DNA of 58,826 nt, the filler included, from Jimgerdemannia flammicorona (taxonomy: Eukaryota), in NCBI GenBank assembly GCA_003990765.1. It is 3 parts of 3 records of this genome, joined end to end, with 100 filler letters (N's around TTAATTAATTAA, not from the genome) between each part and the next. Parts side by side here need not be neighbours in the genome. Positions count along the whole stretch, not along the records: positions 19,646 to 39,190 come from RBNJ01001916.1; 2 more parts are not named here. One strand, written 5' to 3'. Both the position numbers and the translations under genes were made by a program. The notes under the pieces were generated by a model, which saw nothing but the letters and a program-made list of their open reading frames with translations, was not told the DNA's origin and did not search any database. Below are positions 25,775 through 38,530 of the stretch, one piece after another. Each line of letters starts with the position of its first letter. Position 1 is the stretch's first letter.

Positions 25775-27804
25775 CTACTGCTCCATACTTATCTCCTCCT
25801 GCACTGTATCCAGATTATGTTCCACAGCCACCTCCTCCTCTTCTGCCCTCTGAGCCTCCAATCCAGCCAGCAGTTCATTCATCTCTCCATCGGCCTTCTC
25901 CTCGAACTCCTCTCAGTATTCTATGCAAGCCTCCTACCAGAGTTATAGTCCATGATGCTTGTTCCAGCAGTATTCAGCCCTCTCTCCAGCAACGACCACC
26001 ATCTCTGCCTCTCTTTCCTTATCCACCTCATATCCTTCCTCCTCCAGATACACTACAAGAATTTCCACCTTCAGTGCCTTCATTACTCCATCTCCTTGCA
26101 GTATTCCTGCCCAATGCTCATCACTCATCACTTGCAAGTCCACCTCCCCCAGCTCTTCCGCCACCAGGTTATTCATCATCCAGCACATCCAAAGTAAGTT
26201 CCCCACCTCTTTCCCCCCCAGAGTTGCTGGCCTCCCTCCATCCAACATTGTGGTGTCAGCTCCAGCACTTGCAGACTCATCCCATACCTCCGGGACATCC
26301 ACCAGTTCCTCCTTACTAGCTGCCACCACCTGTCCCCCATATGCCACCTCCGGAACTCTGAATTGCACCCTCTGGGCCCCTCGCATTGATACATCTTCTA
26401 CCACCCTGTTTCGGGAAGCCAGGCCGCGTCTGACAAGAGGGATAGGGGTAGGGGAGCCCTCCCAGTCCTCCTCCCAAACCTCCAGTATACCATCAGCATA
26501 CGGGTTCTTACTATGCTTCATCTTATCCTCCCCTGCCTCCTTCTTGTCCTTCCCCTCCCCCTTGCCAGCCCAGACACTCGCTTTGGCTCCTCCTGTGCCC
26601 TTCATCTTGCTCGCATCCCCCAGTGGCCCATTATCCAGCTTGGCCAGCAGCTCCTTCTGTCTCTTACACCCTTGAGCCCTTTCCCACTGCTCCTTAGTTA
26701 CTCGAATCCGCTTTCCATCCACTACCTCCAAATGCGTCACCTCTACAAAAGCCTCCCAAGCCTTCACTCGCCTCTCTACAGCACCACCCAGCTCTTCTAG
26801 TGCTTCCAATAAATCCTCCTCCTCCTCCTCACTACTCTTCACCCTTATCACCTTGCACAGGATTGCTCCCCAGACCATTGCCGAAGGCCAGTCCCTTGCC
26901 TTCCCAGTAGCTTCCTTCTCAGCCAGCCGAATCCTCACATCCATGTCGCCCATCCTGAGCGAGGTCCCTTCCCAGATCCTGAATCCGATATCTACCACCT
27001 CTCCATACTCTGCCATGAAATTCTCAACTCTCTTTCTCGTCTCCATTGCTATCACTGTTGGCACTCCTTTCACCAGCAGCTGGACCACCCTGGGATCCTA
27101 CTTCAGGCAATGTACCATTAGAATACATACCTCCCCAATCACTAATCCAACCTTCAGTGCCTCCTCCAGTGGTGCCACCTCCTCAAAACCAACCTCCACT
27201 CCCTCCAGTTCCTTCAAGAACTTTACAGATGCAGCTCCTGCCACCTGCTTAGCGATGAGCCCCAGCACCATTTTTGCCGTCACTGCTAAGCCTCAGAAAC
27301 ACATCATGACTGCAAATTCCAAAATCGACTTCTTGAGTAACAGTGCCACCACCAGTCCCATTACACCATCCGCCAGGTCCCCAGGCCTCATGTCCTTCCC
27401 ACTGCTCAGCTCACCATCAGCAGTCTCATCTAGATTTTTTCCAGATCGTCTGTCACACCTCCATCAGCAGTCCCCGCCCCAGCTGCTACCCCCCTAGCTC
27501 CACCCCTATGGCCCTCCAGAGAGGCCCCCCCATGAGGTTGCTGCCTAGAAGTCCTCACTGGCACCTTCCCCCCCCTCAGCCAGCTCTCCAGTCTAGCCCC
27601 CTGCTGACCCTCCTTCATCTTCTCCGCAAAGCTTGCCCTGCCAGTTTCTTGACCTCCAGCTCCGCCCCCTCCTCCACTATGTCCTCCTGCCAACAGACCC
27701 CTCATGCTTCCCCCCAAGCCAGGGCCTCTCCCCACTTGCTGCCATTTGAATGCTCCAGGGCCGCCCTGCCCAGTACGCACCTCAGGATGCTCATTGGTTG
27801 CCAT
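25775..27804 (-). pseudogene. LINE ORF1 (Gly-rich N-terminus, RRM-like middle, acidic coiled-coil C-terminus)
   Basis: ORFs 27430-27804, 27098-27283 and 25943-27088(-) lie immediately upstream of ORF2. VQLLVKGVP...YGEVVDIG RRM-like pattern; homologues at 29442-30968 and 45070-46104. Confidence 0.75.
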
Positions 27805-27886
27805 GAAACTAGTAGCTTGTCTCCAGAAACTGTGTCGAAAGTGTTGCCAAAAGATTGTGTAACCTGAATATTATCAGAGAAAGATG

Positions 27887-30800
27887 ACCATGTCAGAGCA
27901 GAATCTCCTCTCTTTGCACCAGTAAGATCAAGTCACCCAGTCCAGCTACTTGTGGTGGCCCCCACTCCTCTAGTGTATCTGCAATTACTGCCTCATCAGC
28001 ACCCCCTTCTCCCTCACTCCATAGACCCTACTATCTCTCCTTCAAAACCCCTAGGATTTGTTGTATACCATGCACCATATCCCCATCGGCATCCAGGACC
28101 CCATCTCACTGATGTCACACTCTCCTAGCTTTGAAGAGTCTTGATAAGTACTTAGTAGGGCACTCACCCTCCTCAAGCCCCTGCCACTGTAGTCTAGCAG
28201 CCAAACCCCATATATGAGTCTCCTCCTCTTCTCTCAACACCTGTTGTAGTTCTACTATCTCCAATTTCACTCTCTCCATCCTCCAGTCCTCCACCTCATC
28301 AGAAGTGAGCAAATCTGCCCAATCCATTTGCAGTCTCCTCAACCTGCTAGAAGCATACCCCGTGCACTTCCTCCTCTATCTCCCAGCCTCTCTACCAGCC
28401 TCTCTCCAATAGACCCTCGCAGCCTCTTTCAATCTCATCCAATGGACATCTACAGACAAACCCTTATGCCTCTAGATAGAAACCTTCACCTAAATATCCT
28501 CCACCCATGCTTCCCACAACCCCTCCTCAGCCAGCAGGGAGGAGTTAAGGTGCCAATGTCCAGGTCCATCTCCACTCCCCCCAAACTACCCCTGCCCCAA
28601 TAGTCCCCAGTGATCAGACCATGGGCACCACTCCACCTCCAATACTTTCCAAATATCTAAACCCCAGCACTCCACTGTCAGAATCCAGTCAATCCTTGTG
28701 CCCAAGGCATTCACCTAATGTGTGTAGACCCTGGTGTCACCCCACCGTATTCTGCCCATATCCCCCAAGGAGCTCAACTTCTCCACCTCCTCCCATGCAT
28801 CCAGACCACCACTTCTCCCCCCTGCACTCCTCCCTCCATCAGTTCTGTCCAGACACTGATCCCAAACCATATTAAAGTCCCCACCGAGAACATTGACCCC
28901 TTCCTCCAAGAGAACCCCCTCCTCCAGCAGCTCCCTAATCCATGCAGTTCTCTCACCCCTAGCTGCAGGGCAGTAGCAAGAGCCCATCTTCACTGATTCC
29001 CACTCTGGCTGATGCCAATCTCCCCAGACCAAACGATCACCCCAGCTCCTGATTCCCCCCAAATCTCCTTTACCCTTCCTCACCAGAATTGCTACTTTTC
29101 CAAACCAAGTAGTAGCCCCACCCCATTCTCTAGTCCACTCTACCTGATCATCCTCATCCTCACACTGAACATCCTGTAGTAAAAAGAGATCAGTCTCCAA
29201 TCCCTTGAGCTAAGTAAAAATGTTCTTATACTGTCCAGAGCCTCTTAACCCATTCACATTCAAAGAGAAAATGTTGGTTATACTGTTCATAAGGAATAAT
29301 GATATAGTATGATTCCATCCTCTACAAGTCCATATTCAGTTCCTCCTGCACCAAGTCCAAGACATGCTCAGCAGCTAGTTCTCTTTCTCCAGCTTTCTGT
29401 GCCTCCAACCCTCCCAGAAGTTCTACCATTGCCCCATCTTCTCACTCCTCAAAGTCCTCATGATACTCCAGACAGGCCTCCTGCCAGAGCTGCAAACCAT
29501 GACGTTCTGCCCAACAGTAGGCCACCCACTCACCAGTGACCACTACCAGCTCTGCCTTCCTCACCTCATCAATCTCATATCCCTTCTCCTCTAGGAAGAT
29601 TGCAAGAATCTCTACCTTCAATACCTCCACCATTCCATCACTGCACAGAATCCACTCCCAATGCTCCTTAGGCATTACTTGCAGATCCACTTCTTCCAAT
29701 ACCTCTGCTGCAAGGTTGTCCATCACCTTGCTCATTCACAATAAGTTCCCCACCTCCTTCCCTCCTGGAGTCCCCAGCCACCCTGTATCCAACATTATGG
29801 TGTCAGCTCCAACACTGGCAGCCTTATTCCACTCCTCCTCAGGGATATCCACCAGCTCATCCTTGCCAACCGCCACCACCTGGCCCCCTTTTGCCACATC
29901 AGGGACCCCAAAGTGCACTTGCTGGGCCCCCTGCATCAGTACATCCTCTGTCATCCCTCTCTTCCCAGCCAGGCCCCTCCTGATAAGTGGGGGAGTGGCA
30001 TCCAACTCCTGCTCCCAAACTTCGAAGGTACCATCAGCATATGGATTCTTGTCCAGCATCTTCCCAGCTCCTGCCTCCTTCACCTCCACCTCCTCTCCTC
30101 CTTTGCTAGCCCAGACACTGGCTTTGATACCCCCAGACTCCTCAGCTCCAATCAACTTCTTTGACACCCCTCCTGTCATACTTGCCAATAGCTCCCTCTG
30201 CCTCCTGCATCCCTGGGCCCACTCCCACTGCTTCCTGTCAGTATGGATATGCTTTCCATCCACAACCTCCAGATGCATTGACTCCTCATACAGCTTCCAG
30301 GCTTTTGCCCTCCTCTCTACAGCACCACTCAGCTCCTCCAGCACCTTCAACAAGTCCTCCTCCTCCTCTTCACTCTCTTTCACCCTCAATACCTTACAGA
30401 TGAAGGCTCCACACATCAGCACCAAGGGCCAGTCACTCAGCTTCCCTGTGGCCTCCTTCCCCGCTAGCTGAATCCTGACATCGATGTCACCCATCCTGAA
30501 TGTCATCCCCTCCCACATCTGAAAGCCAATGTCCACAACATCACCATACTCTACCATCACCTCCTCCACCCTCCTCCTAGTCTCCTCTTTAGTCACTATG
30601 GGCACTCTCCTCACCAGAAGTTGCACCACCCTGAGGTCCCACCTCAAGCACCTCACTATGGGGACCACCACCTCCCCAACCACTACTCCAGTCCCCAGGG
30701 CCTTGTTCAGTGGGCCCGCCTCCTCAAAGCCCACCTCAACCCCCTCCAGACCCTTCAAGAACTTCACTGAGACTGCCCCAGCCACCTGCTTCAAAATAAG

Positions 30801-31433
30801 CTCCAGGACCATCCTCACCATCACTGCCAAGCCCCAGAAGTACAAGATAGCCACAAACTCCAAGATCGACTTCTTGAGCAATGGAGCCACTACCAGTCCT
30901 GTTATACCATCTGCCAGGTCCCCCTTCCACTTCAGGAACCTCTGCCCCCCCTGTCCATCAGCCATCACATCTCTTTTTTTTCCTGATTTGTCATCACGCC
31001 ACCATCAGCAGTTCTGCCACTACCCCCAGCAGCTACTCCACTTCCTCCACCTCCCACCAGTGAAGGCCCCACTCCCCCAGCATCTCCAGCCTTCTACTTC
31101 CCCTTCTCTCCTGCCTGTCTGCTGCGGGCTCCCCTCGGCCAACCCCCAGTCCTCAGCATGTCTGCAAAGCTCCTTTCCTGCTGCCCTTCAGCCCCCCCAT
31201 CAGTGCTGCTTCTACTGCCCAAGCTGTCCTGTCCACTTGAGCTGCTGAAAGACCCCATCCCCAGCCCATACCCTCTCCCAACATGCTGCCAGTCAAAGGC
31301 CCCAGGTCTGCCTGACCTAGTACACATGTCAGCTTGCTTGCTGGTTGATATTACCTTAATATCTTTCTCTAATAAACAAGTTGAAAGTGTGTTGGAAAAG
31401 TGTGTGTAATGTGAATTGTAGTAGAGAAAGATG
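27887..31433 (-). mobile_element. LINE 5' half (ORF1 + APE), diverged subfamily
   Basis: ORF 29736-30968(-) is an ORF1 homologue; ORF 28715-29200(-) is APE with GGDFN; 5' end CATCTTTCTC at 31433. Confidence 0.88.
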
Positions 31434-31489
31434 TCTGACAATATTCCTAAGTATATCCCACTTGCTTTCATCTAGAACCTTGTCTGTAT
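31434..31489 (-). mobile_element. 56-bp sliver of hAT transposase between two LINEs
   Basis: TCTGACAATATTCCTAAGTATATCCCACTTGCTTTCATCTAGA matches ~13087-13130. Confidence 0.7.
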
Positions 31490-31873
31490 TTTTTTTTTTA
31501 TTTTTTATTTTTTTATTATAGTCACTCAGACTCCTTTCTTTATTAATATACCCATCTATCCTCTATAAAATACACTGTGCCCACCCCTATCTGATCCCCC
31601 TAGGGGGTCTCCCCCCTCCCCCCACCCTCTCTCAATAAAAGACCACTTTGTCATTCACCATTGCCACCCTCCCACTACTCTATTCACAGATCCCTTCTAC
31701 CAGACAGCAATGTTGCCCACCCTGGGGACCCCAACCAACCCACTACCCTGTCAGCAAATCTCTCAACAACTCCTCCCATCTTAACAACTTCTTCTGTATA
31801 CCTATCTATTGCTCCTTCTCAAAAACAAAGAGCCAATGTCCAGCCAGCCCTACCTATACAGCTAAAACTCACC
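31490..31873 (-). mobile_element. 5'-truncated LINE 3' end with poly(A)
   Basis: T-rich tail followed by sequence matching 19650-20000. Confidence 0.8.
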
Positions 31874-32725
31874 TGAAGTCACCCCTCAGGCTATCTCTGA
31901 AGCCTCTACTCCTGAGACCTCTGAAGCTACCACTGCTTAAGCCCAAGCTACTCCCTAAGCCTAAGCTACTGCCTAAGTCTAAGCCACTGCTCTAGTCTAA
32001 GTTACTGTCACCACCTAAGCTGCTGCCTAAGTCTAAGCCTAAGCTTAAGTCTAAGCCCAAGCTGCTATCTAAGCCCAAGCCTAAGTCTAAGCTACTGCTC
32101 AAGCTACTGCCTAAGCCCAAGCTACTGCCTAAGCTCAAGCTATTACTACTGTCTAAGCTACCATTCTAAAAACTAAAGATCAATCTCATATAAGCTGTAA
32201 AAATTGAAAAACTATAGCATACCCTTCTCAAAATCTATCAATAACTCAATCTATTGATTTCTAATCTTCTGTTGAGAAAGAGGTTATTATATAATAATAC
32301 TTACCAGATAGCTACTGCTATAGCTAGATATAGCTGAGATCAGAACTAAGACTGTATATGAGAATTTTGAAAATATATATCAGTTATATATAAATTTCAA
32401 TTAGGTGTGAATTTTAGTTATATGTAAATTTCAGTTATATGTTTATGTATGAATTTTAAGTGATGTATCTTTTAAATAAAAAAATAAAAAACTAATTATC
32501 TTATAATATAAACTACTGAAAATCTCAAATTAATATTCAATTTAATTTGACTAATTCAAATAGGACCTTCAATTCAATTCAAATCAAATCAAATCAGACC
32601 TTAATTTGATTTGAATTTAATTTAATTTGAATTCAATTTTAATATAAAAATCTCCAATTTGATTTAATTTGAATTAATTCCAATTTGATTCAATTCAAAT
32701 TGATTCAATTTATTTGAGAGCACTA
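31874..32725. mobile_element. hAT-related terminal fragment with low-complexity (CTAAGC)n-like internal region
   Basis: Ends ...TTTGAGAGCACTA (TIR) at 32725; 32590-32725 matches MITE 2260-2390. Confidence 0.55.
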
Positions 32726-32729
32726 CTAT

Positions 32730-34468
32730 ATACTCTATTATTAGAGCTATTCATATATAGAATTTACTATAAGATATTAGAGCTTTTAGTCCTTAGAGTG
32801 ATCTGGAAGATAAGAGCTTTTGCAGATAATATAGTAGTTGAACTTAGCTTATTGCTAATATAAGTATACTGAGAGAGACTGTAGATTAGTATGAGAAGCA
32901 CTCAGAGGTAAAGTTCAACTAATATAAGTATAAGATGATAGTGCTAATAAATAGTTTAGTAAGTAGAGATATTATTAGAACTATTATTTCTATAGAGAAG
33001 ATAGTATGTTATTTAGATATTTTTCTATCAGTATATAGATTAGTATTATCTAGAGCTTAGTGAGAAAAAAAGGTGATAGAATGGAGAGATATTTTTCAGA
33101 GTTAAGGGGTATGCTATATTTCTCTTATTAAGTAGGTGTCAATTCAGAATATCTACTAACTGTCAAAGCTCTGATATCTAGTGTACTATTTGAATTTCTC
33201 TATATAGATAGTAAAGAGGTTGTTAAAGATAGCTAAGAACTAGATTTGGGCTAAAAGAAGAAGCTAGATAAGCTGGGAGATCTTGATATCTCTAGTGGAC
33301 AGAAGAGGAGTTAGTCTGATAGACTTTCTGAAAAGACTATACAGTCTTAAAGCTTGATGGTTGAAGAGGGCTATTGAGCTATAAAGAGATAGATGAGTAT
33401 CATTAATATAGAGGGTCTGGAAGGCAAGGTTCTCCTCTAGAGGATTCTTTAGTAATTTGATGTCTATAATTAGATTGAGAAATAGTAAACACCTATAGTA
33501 TTAGAGATTCTAATGGGAAGTAGTAGAGAGTACTTACTATATTAGCTTATACTAATATGGAAATAAGGGTGAGGTCTAATAGAGTTCTATAATATAGAGA
33601 TAGAACAGACTCTAGTTGAGTAATATGCTATTAGTAGACTTTAACATTAGTAAAGATATTAAGTATCAATAGTGAGTAAGTCAGAATCTATAGTTAGTAG
33701 ATTGGTAGATAGTAGGTATTAATGAGACTTAGAACTAGGCTAGAGTCTGGTCTTAAAGTACTAAGATGTAGTGATGACTTTCTCCTAAGTTCTGAGTAGT
33801 ATAGTGATATATCTTAAGAAGAAATATTATTTTAAACTTTTAGTTGAGATATTTGATAGTAGGAGGAAGTTTTGAGTATAAATACTGCTTTAATATAGGA
33901 TAGAAAGAGGAGATTATACAGATGTCTGAATATTAACTAGAGGAGTATAAGATACTTAGTAACTTTTAAAGAGAGATTGAGAGTTATCTAGAGATAAGGT
34001 AGTATATTGATAGAGTTGAAGGTAGATGGGGAGATTTGAAGAAGAGATTGATAGAGTGTATTGATAATAAGTAGCTCACTGTTGAGTGAGCATTGGCAAT
34101 ATGGATGGGATTGGCTAGACACTAGCTATATATATTTAAAGATGAGAGGCAATTGGTCTTAGAGAAAAAGATGGTAAGATGAGAGAGGCTGATAGTAGAT
34201 ATTCTGTCTGATTGGTAGAGGGGGTGAGGTTCTCAGAGAGATCACTATCAGTATATAGTAGAGAAAGTTTATAAGAAAAGTTATAAATTGATCACTATGG
34301 TTGATAGTTTAGTTATATTTAAAAAGATGAAAATTAGAAAGAGAGAGTATATTAAAGTAATATAGAGTGGAGTAGGTTGGGTAGAGCTACTGGTGTAGTA
34401 TGAGGACTGTGTATTTATTATAAACTAGTTAATAAAGTGAGTCTGTATAACTAAAAATAAAAAAAAAA

Positions 34469-34500
<32 letters not shown>
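32730..34500 (+). mobile_element. Extremely mutated LINE 3' part with poly(A)
   Basis: IWKIRAFADNIVV remnant at ~32800 (= WKVGAFADDMVV); collinear with 48200-49840; A tail ~34455-34500. Confidence 0.75.
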
Positions 34501-34502
<2 letters not shown>

Positions 34503-34739
34503 AGTACTTGAACTTTTTTTTTCTTTAACTAAATCTTTGAAGATAAGTATAACTTGAGCTTAATTCTTAGATAGACTTATTACTTGATCTGTACTTCTAA
34601 ATCCTTTTTGATCTTACTTAGTTAGAACTTACTTCTTTTAAAATTATTTATGTAACTTAGTCTTTATCTTTATTTATCTATAATAATCTGAATCAATAAT
34701 ATCTATACTAATATCTAAATAATAATTAATACTAAGTTT

Positions 34740-35635
34740 TAATCTGGTTATAATTCTTATATAGTAGCCTTTTAGATAATCTCCCTGAGGGGTCCTCTTT
34801 TCTCTCTCTACTTCTTTATAGTAAAATACTATCTAACCATTAATAACTATAACTCTCTTATTACTTTTTACACAAATTTCCTCTATTAGGCAGTAATGGT
34901 GACTACTCTGAAGACTCCATCCTCTCTACTAGTTAGACATAATATCTATTACCAACTCCTCTCACCTTACCAATCTCTTCTCTAATCTTATTTTTTTTCT
35001 CTTCTCAAATATATATAGCTAATATTCAGCCAACTCTACCCATACTACTAAAGTCTATCTGATAGTGAGCTACTCATTACTAATATACTCTATCAACTAT
35101 AACTTCAAGTTCTTTCAATAATCTCCTTCTCTACACTCTCTCTTTTCTATTTCTAAATAACTATCAACTCTCATCTAGAAGTCTCTAAAGATCTTACACT
35201 CATCCAACCAATATTCTGGTATCTATATAAAATCTCTCTCTTATCTATCATTATAATACTCTTTATAATAAAAGTTTTACTATCAACTAAATGACTTGAG
35301 CAATAGTTCAACATAATATTTCTTCTTAGTATATATTACTATATTACTCAGAACTTTAGAAAAAGCTATTACTATATCTTATTACTCTATAACTAAATAC
35401 TAGCCCAGTCTTACTTCTCATTAATACCAACCAACTGCCAGCTAACTGGCTACAGATTCTGGCCTACTTTCTGCTGATACTCTAATCTAGCACTAATATT
35501 AAAGTCTACTAGAGAGAAGCTACTCAGCAACAGCCTATCTCACCTCTATATTACTAGATCTCAATATATCTCTCCTTTAGCACCCCTCTAGTATAGACTA
35601 ATATAATAAGTACTTCTTACTACCTCTCACTAGAT
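34740..35635 (-). mobile_element. Extremely mutated LINE 3' fragment
   Basis: Collinear with 19700-20580 after C>T/G>A reversal. Confidence 0.6.
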
Positions 35636-35941
35636 CAAAGTATTGATTTAATTAAAAGATCCAGATATTAGTAAATAGTTCTTTTTAGTTTATTAAAGAT
35701 ATCTAACTTAAGTAACTTAAAACTAATGGATATATGTAACTATAAAATAAGTTATTATAAGATATAATTCTTTTATTTTCTAGTAGTCTAGTTAGGCTTA
35801 TAGATTTTAAATCTAATATATTATAGTCATAAGTATTTCTTCTATACTTTCTTATAGGACCTCAGAATAATGACATCAGCACAGAAGATAGTCTTTCCTT
35901 ACAAGCCACCAGATCAGAGTATAAGAAGATCATATAGTATA

Positions 35942-37544
35942 TAGTGAGAGACAAAACCTTATCAATGCTTTATTATTTTTAAATCTTAATCTATTGTAGT
36001 CTAAATATGAATGCTATTAAATCTATATTTTAACCAATAATAAAAGAAGTCTAGAGCTTTTAAATAGTATATATTTTGCTAAATATGAATAATAATTTCT
36101 AAAGTTATAACCCTTTTAGAAAAACTGACCATTGGTAAGATTTTGTCCCTGACATATCACCAATCAGTTTATTGATCATTTCAATATTTAGTATAGCCCT
36201 CTTTTGCCTTATATACAGCAGTAACCCTCCTTGGCATACTCTCAATTAAACCAATACAAACATTCTTTAGAATCCTATTCCATTCCTACTCTACACATTT
36301 CCAAAGATCCTGTATTCCCTTAGAGGGCTCCTTATATGTATTAAGTTGTTTTCTAAGTTGCTACCATAAATGTTCAATTGGATTCAAGTCGAAGGATTGT
36401 ACTGGCCAACTCAATAAATAAATCGAGTGATCAGTGAACCATTGGCAGGCTTTTTTTGATATATGTTTTGAGTTATTATCTTGCCAAAAAATCAACCTTT
36501 TCCAATCCATATGGTAATATTTGATTGTTTCCAGCAATTTGTCATCAAGAATACTCTGGTACAGCTCTGCATTCATGCAACCATCAATCCAATAGATGTA
36601 ACTGACCCTCTCATATGTCATACATCCCCAGATCCACCACTGAATTTTACTATTCCAGTTACATGATACTTATTATGTGGTATTCCTGGCTTTTTCCATA
36701 CCTATTTTCGACCATTAGAGCTAAGATAATTGATCTTCATTTCATCAGAGAGGATGATCTGTTTCCAGTCCTCGATTGTCCAGTCCTTATATTTAAGGGC
36801 AAACTCATAATGAGTCTTAATATATCATTTGAGCAATCTGAGCCTCTTCTGCTTCATGATTGCCTTCAGGCCGGTCCTCTTCAGTGTTCTCTATACCATT
36901 TTTATACTTACAGAAGGTTTGCCATCTTGAAGTCTATCTTGAAGTATTTTGCCAGCTTCTTAGAGTGTTTTTGCAACCTCAGTTGCAGTTTCTGCCTTGC
37001 CTATAATAATCTGGCAAACAACCTATACTTTATTTCAAGCTAAGAATGCATGCGGGCAACCTCCTTTTGGCAGCATAACCTCACTACTGCAGAACTCTTT
37101 TCATATATGGGAAATGGTCATGGTGCCAACATCCATTTGTTTTGCAATCTTACTTGCCAATATACCAGACTTCAGGGCATTGATGATGTGATTGCGACAG
37201 TCAATTGAGATTTTTTTCATTGTAAGAGGTGTAGAAGAAAAAAGTATATCAAAAAAGAATAAAGGGGCAAAGTTTCAGGTGCAGAGCAAGCACAGAGCTG
37301 GAGTTAGTAAATTAAAACTGTTGGAAAAATAGTGGGAGACAAAATCTTACCAATAAGTAGTTTACTTAAAAGGATTATAACTTTAGAAATAATTATACAA
37401 ATTTAACAAAATAAATACTATTTCATTTTAGACCTTCTTTATTATTAGTTAAAATATGAATTTAATAATATTTATATATATTTAGATTATAATAGATTAA
37501 GATTTAAAAATAATAAAACATTGATAAGATTTTGTCCCTCACTA
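35942..37544 (-). mobile_element. Tc1/mariner (DD34E) DNA transposon with ~210-bp TIRs and TA TSD
   Basis: TA|TAGTGAGAGACAAAA ... TTTTGTCCCTCACTA|TA. The empty site CATATAGCATAACTCAC is visible in the paralogue at ~1813-1830(-). Confidence 0.93.
36181..37220 (-). pseudogene. Tc1-family transposase
   Basis: LSDE, FWQDNNSKH, WPVQSFDLNPIEHLW with 34 residues between D and E; ends GYTKY*; internal stops. Confidence 0.92.
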
Positions 37545-37710
37545 TAACTCACCCAGGCTACAAGATGAGTAATAATGACCAACTATAAGTCATTAGGACC
37601 ACAAGACAGACATCTCAAGGAATATAAAAGAAGGATCAAGAAACTGCAGTAATAGCAACTCAACAAGACTCACTAATCCCAAAATAGCTCAAAGACTTAT
37701 CACAAATAAA

Positions 37711-38530
37711 ATATCTGCTGCTCACCAAACCTCAAGATCAAGAAACTACTAAGGCCTCTCAGTCTAAGAAAGGATGTTCCAAGATATCTGAAGAGCTATA
37801 AAGACCTGCACTACAAGGACTCCTAGTGTCAACCTGGATATTAGTGACTCTTATTATTATATTCTCTACTGCTATGATGGAAATAAGAATCACCATTACT
37901 ACTGAATACCTCTAGATATAGTAAGAATATAAAATAGAAAACCTCCTCTACTAGAAATTCCCTCAAGCCAGCCCTCAAGAGCTACAAGATGTTACTTCTA
38001 TAGATATATATAAAATAAGAATAACCAAGAAGATTCATCAGATCTTCAGGCATGCACTATGATTGATTACTAACTTAGAGTATACCAGAGTCTCAGACTT
38101 TAGAGATCTGTCAGCCCACTATATCAATATACTAGAAGTCATGGTTGCTATAGAAGCCCAGTCCACTATTATTCTTAATAGTGATGAGGTAAAAGAGTTC
38201 TAGTATCCTATCCTCCAGAACAACCCAGATCAATTTCTGCAAAGATTGATCTCAGTATTCTAAGGCCCAAGTATCCAGGTTAGACCTCCCCAAGACCCCA
38301 CATTTGTCTCTTATTTTGTAGAAGAGGACCTCATAGACTAGAGAGCTCCTGATCTCCTTGCTCTCCCTGCTACCAAATATGATGACATTATTGGTGATGA
38401 TATCATCTCACACAACATATACGAAATGTGTAATGAAGTATACAAAATGGACAAAACATTTGTAGACCTCATCTTCTTTAAGGATAGTGATGAGGATAAA
38501 GCTCCCATAGTTCTAAACTTTCTGCTCTAA
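37711..38530 (+). pseudogene. ORF-X copy in family A element 2
   Basis: ATA (ex-ATG) start ~85 bp after TATAAAAG; ILQNNPDQFLQRLISVF*GPSI...TFVDLIFF...PIVLNFLL*. Confidence 0.65.

Larger units (their letters stand above)
21997..27886 (-). mobile_element. Full-length L1-clade-like LINE (~5.9 kb)
   Basis: Poly(A) tail (T run 21997-22032). 5' end CATCTTTCTC at 27886 is shared with copies ending at 31433 and 39607. ORF1 followed by ORF2. Confidence 0.92.

Noticed and set aside
21960..27930. Treating 19646-21996 and 27887-31433 as one LINE split by the full-length copy
   Set aside because: Breakpoints fall at a similar ORF2 position, but no clean TSD is visible and the overlapping sequence differs; a homopolymer misjoin cannot be excluded.
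25732..31248. Long Ser/Pro/Thr-rich plus-strand ORFs (e.g. 25959-26675, 29536-30471, 30529-31248)
   Set aside because: Antisense shadows of G-rich LINE ORF1; the skewed composition suppresses stop codons on the opposite strand.
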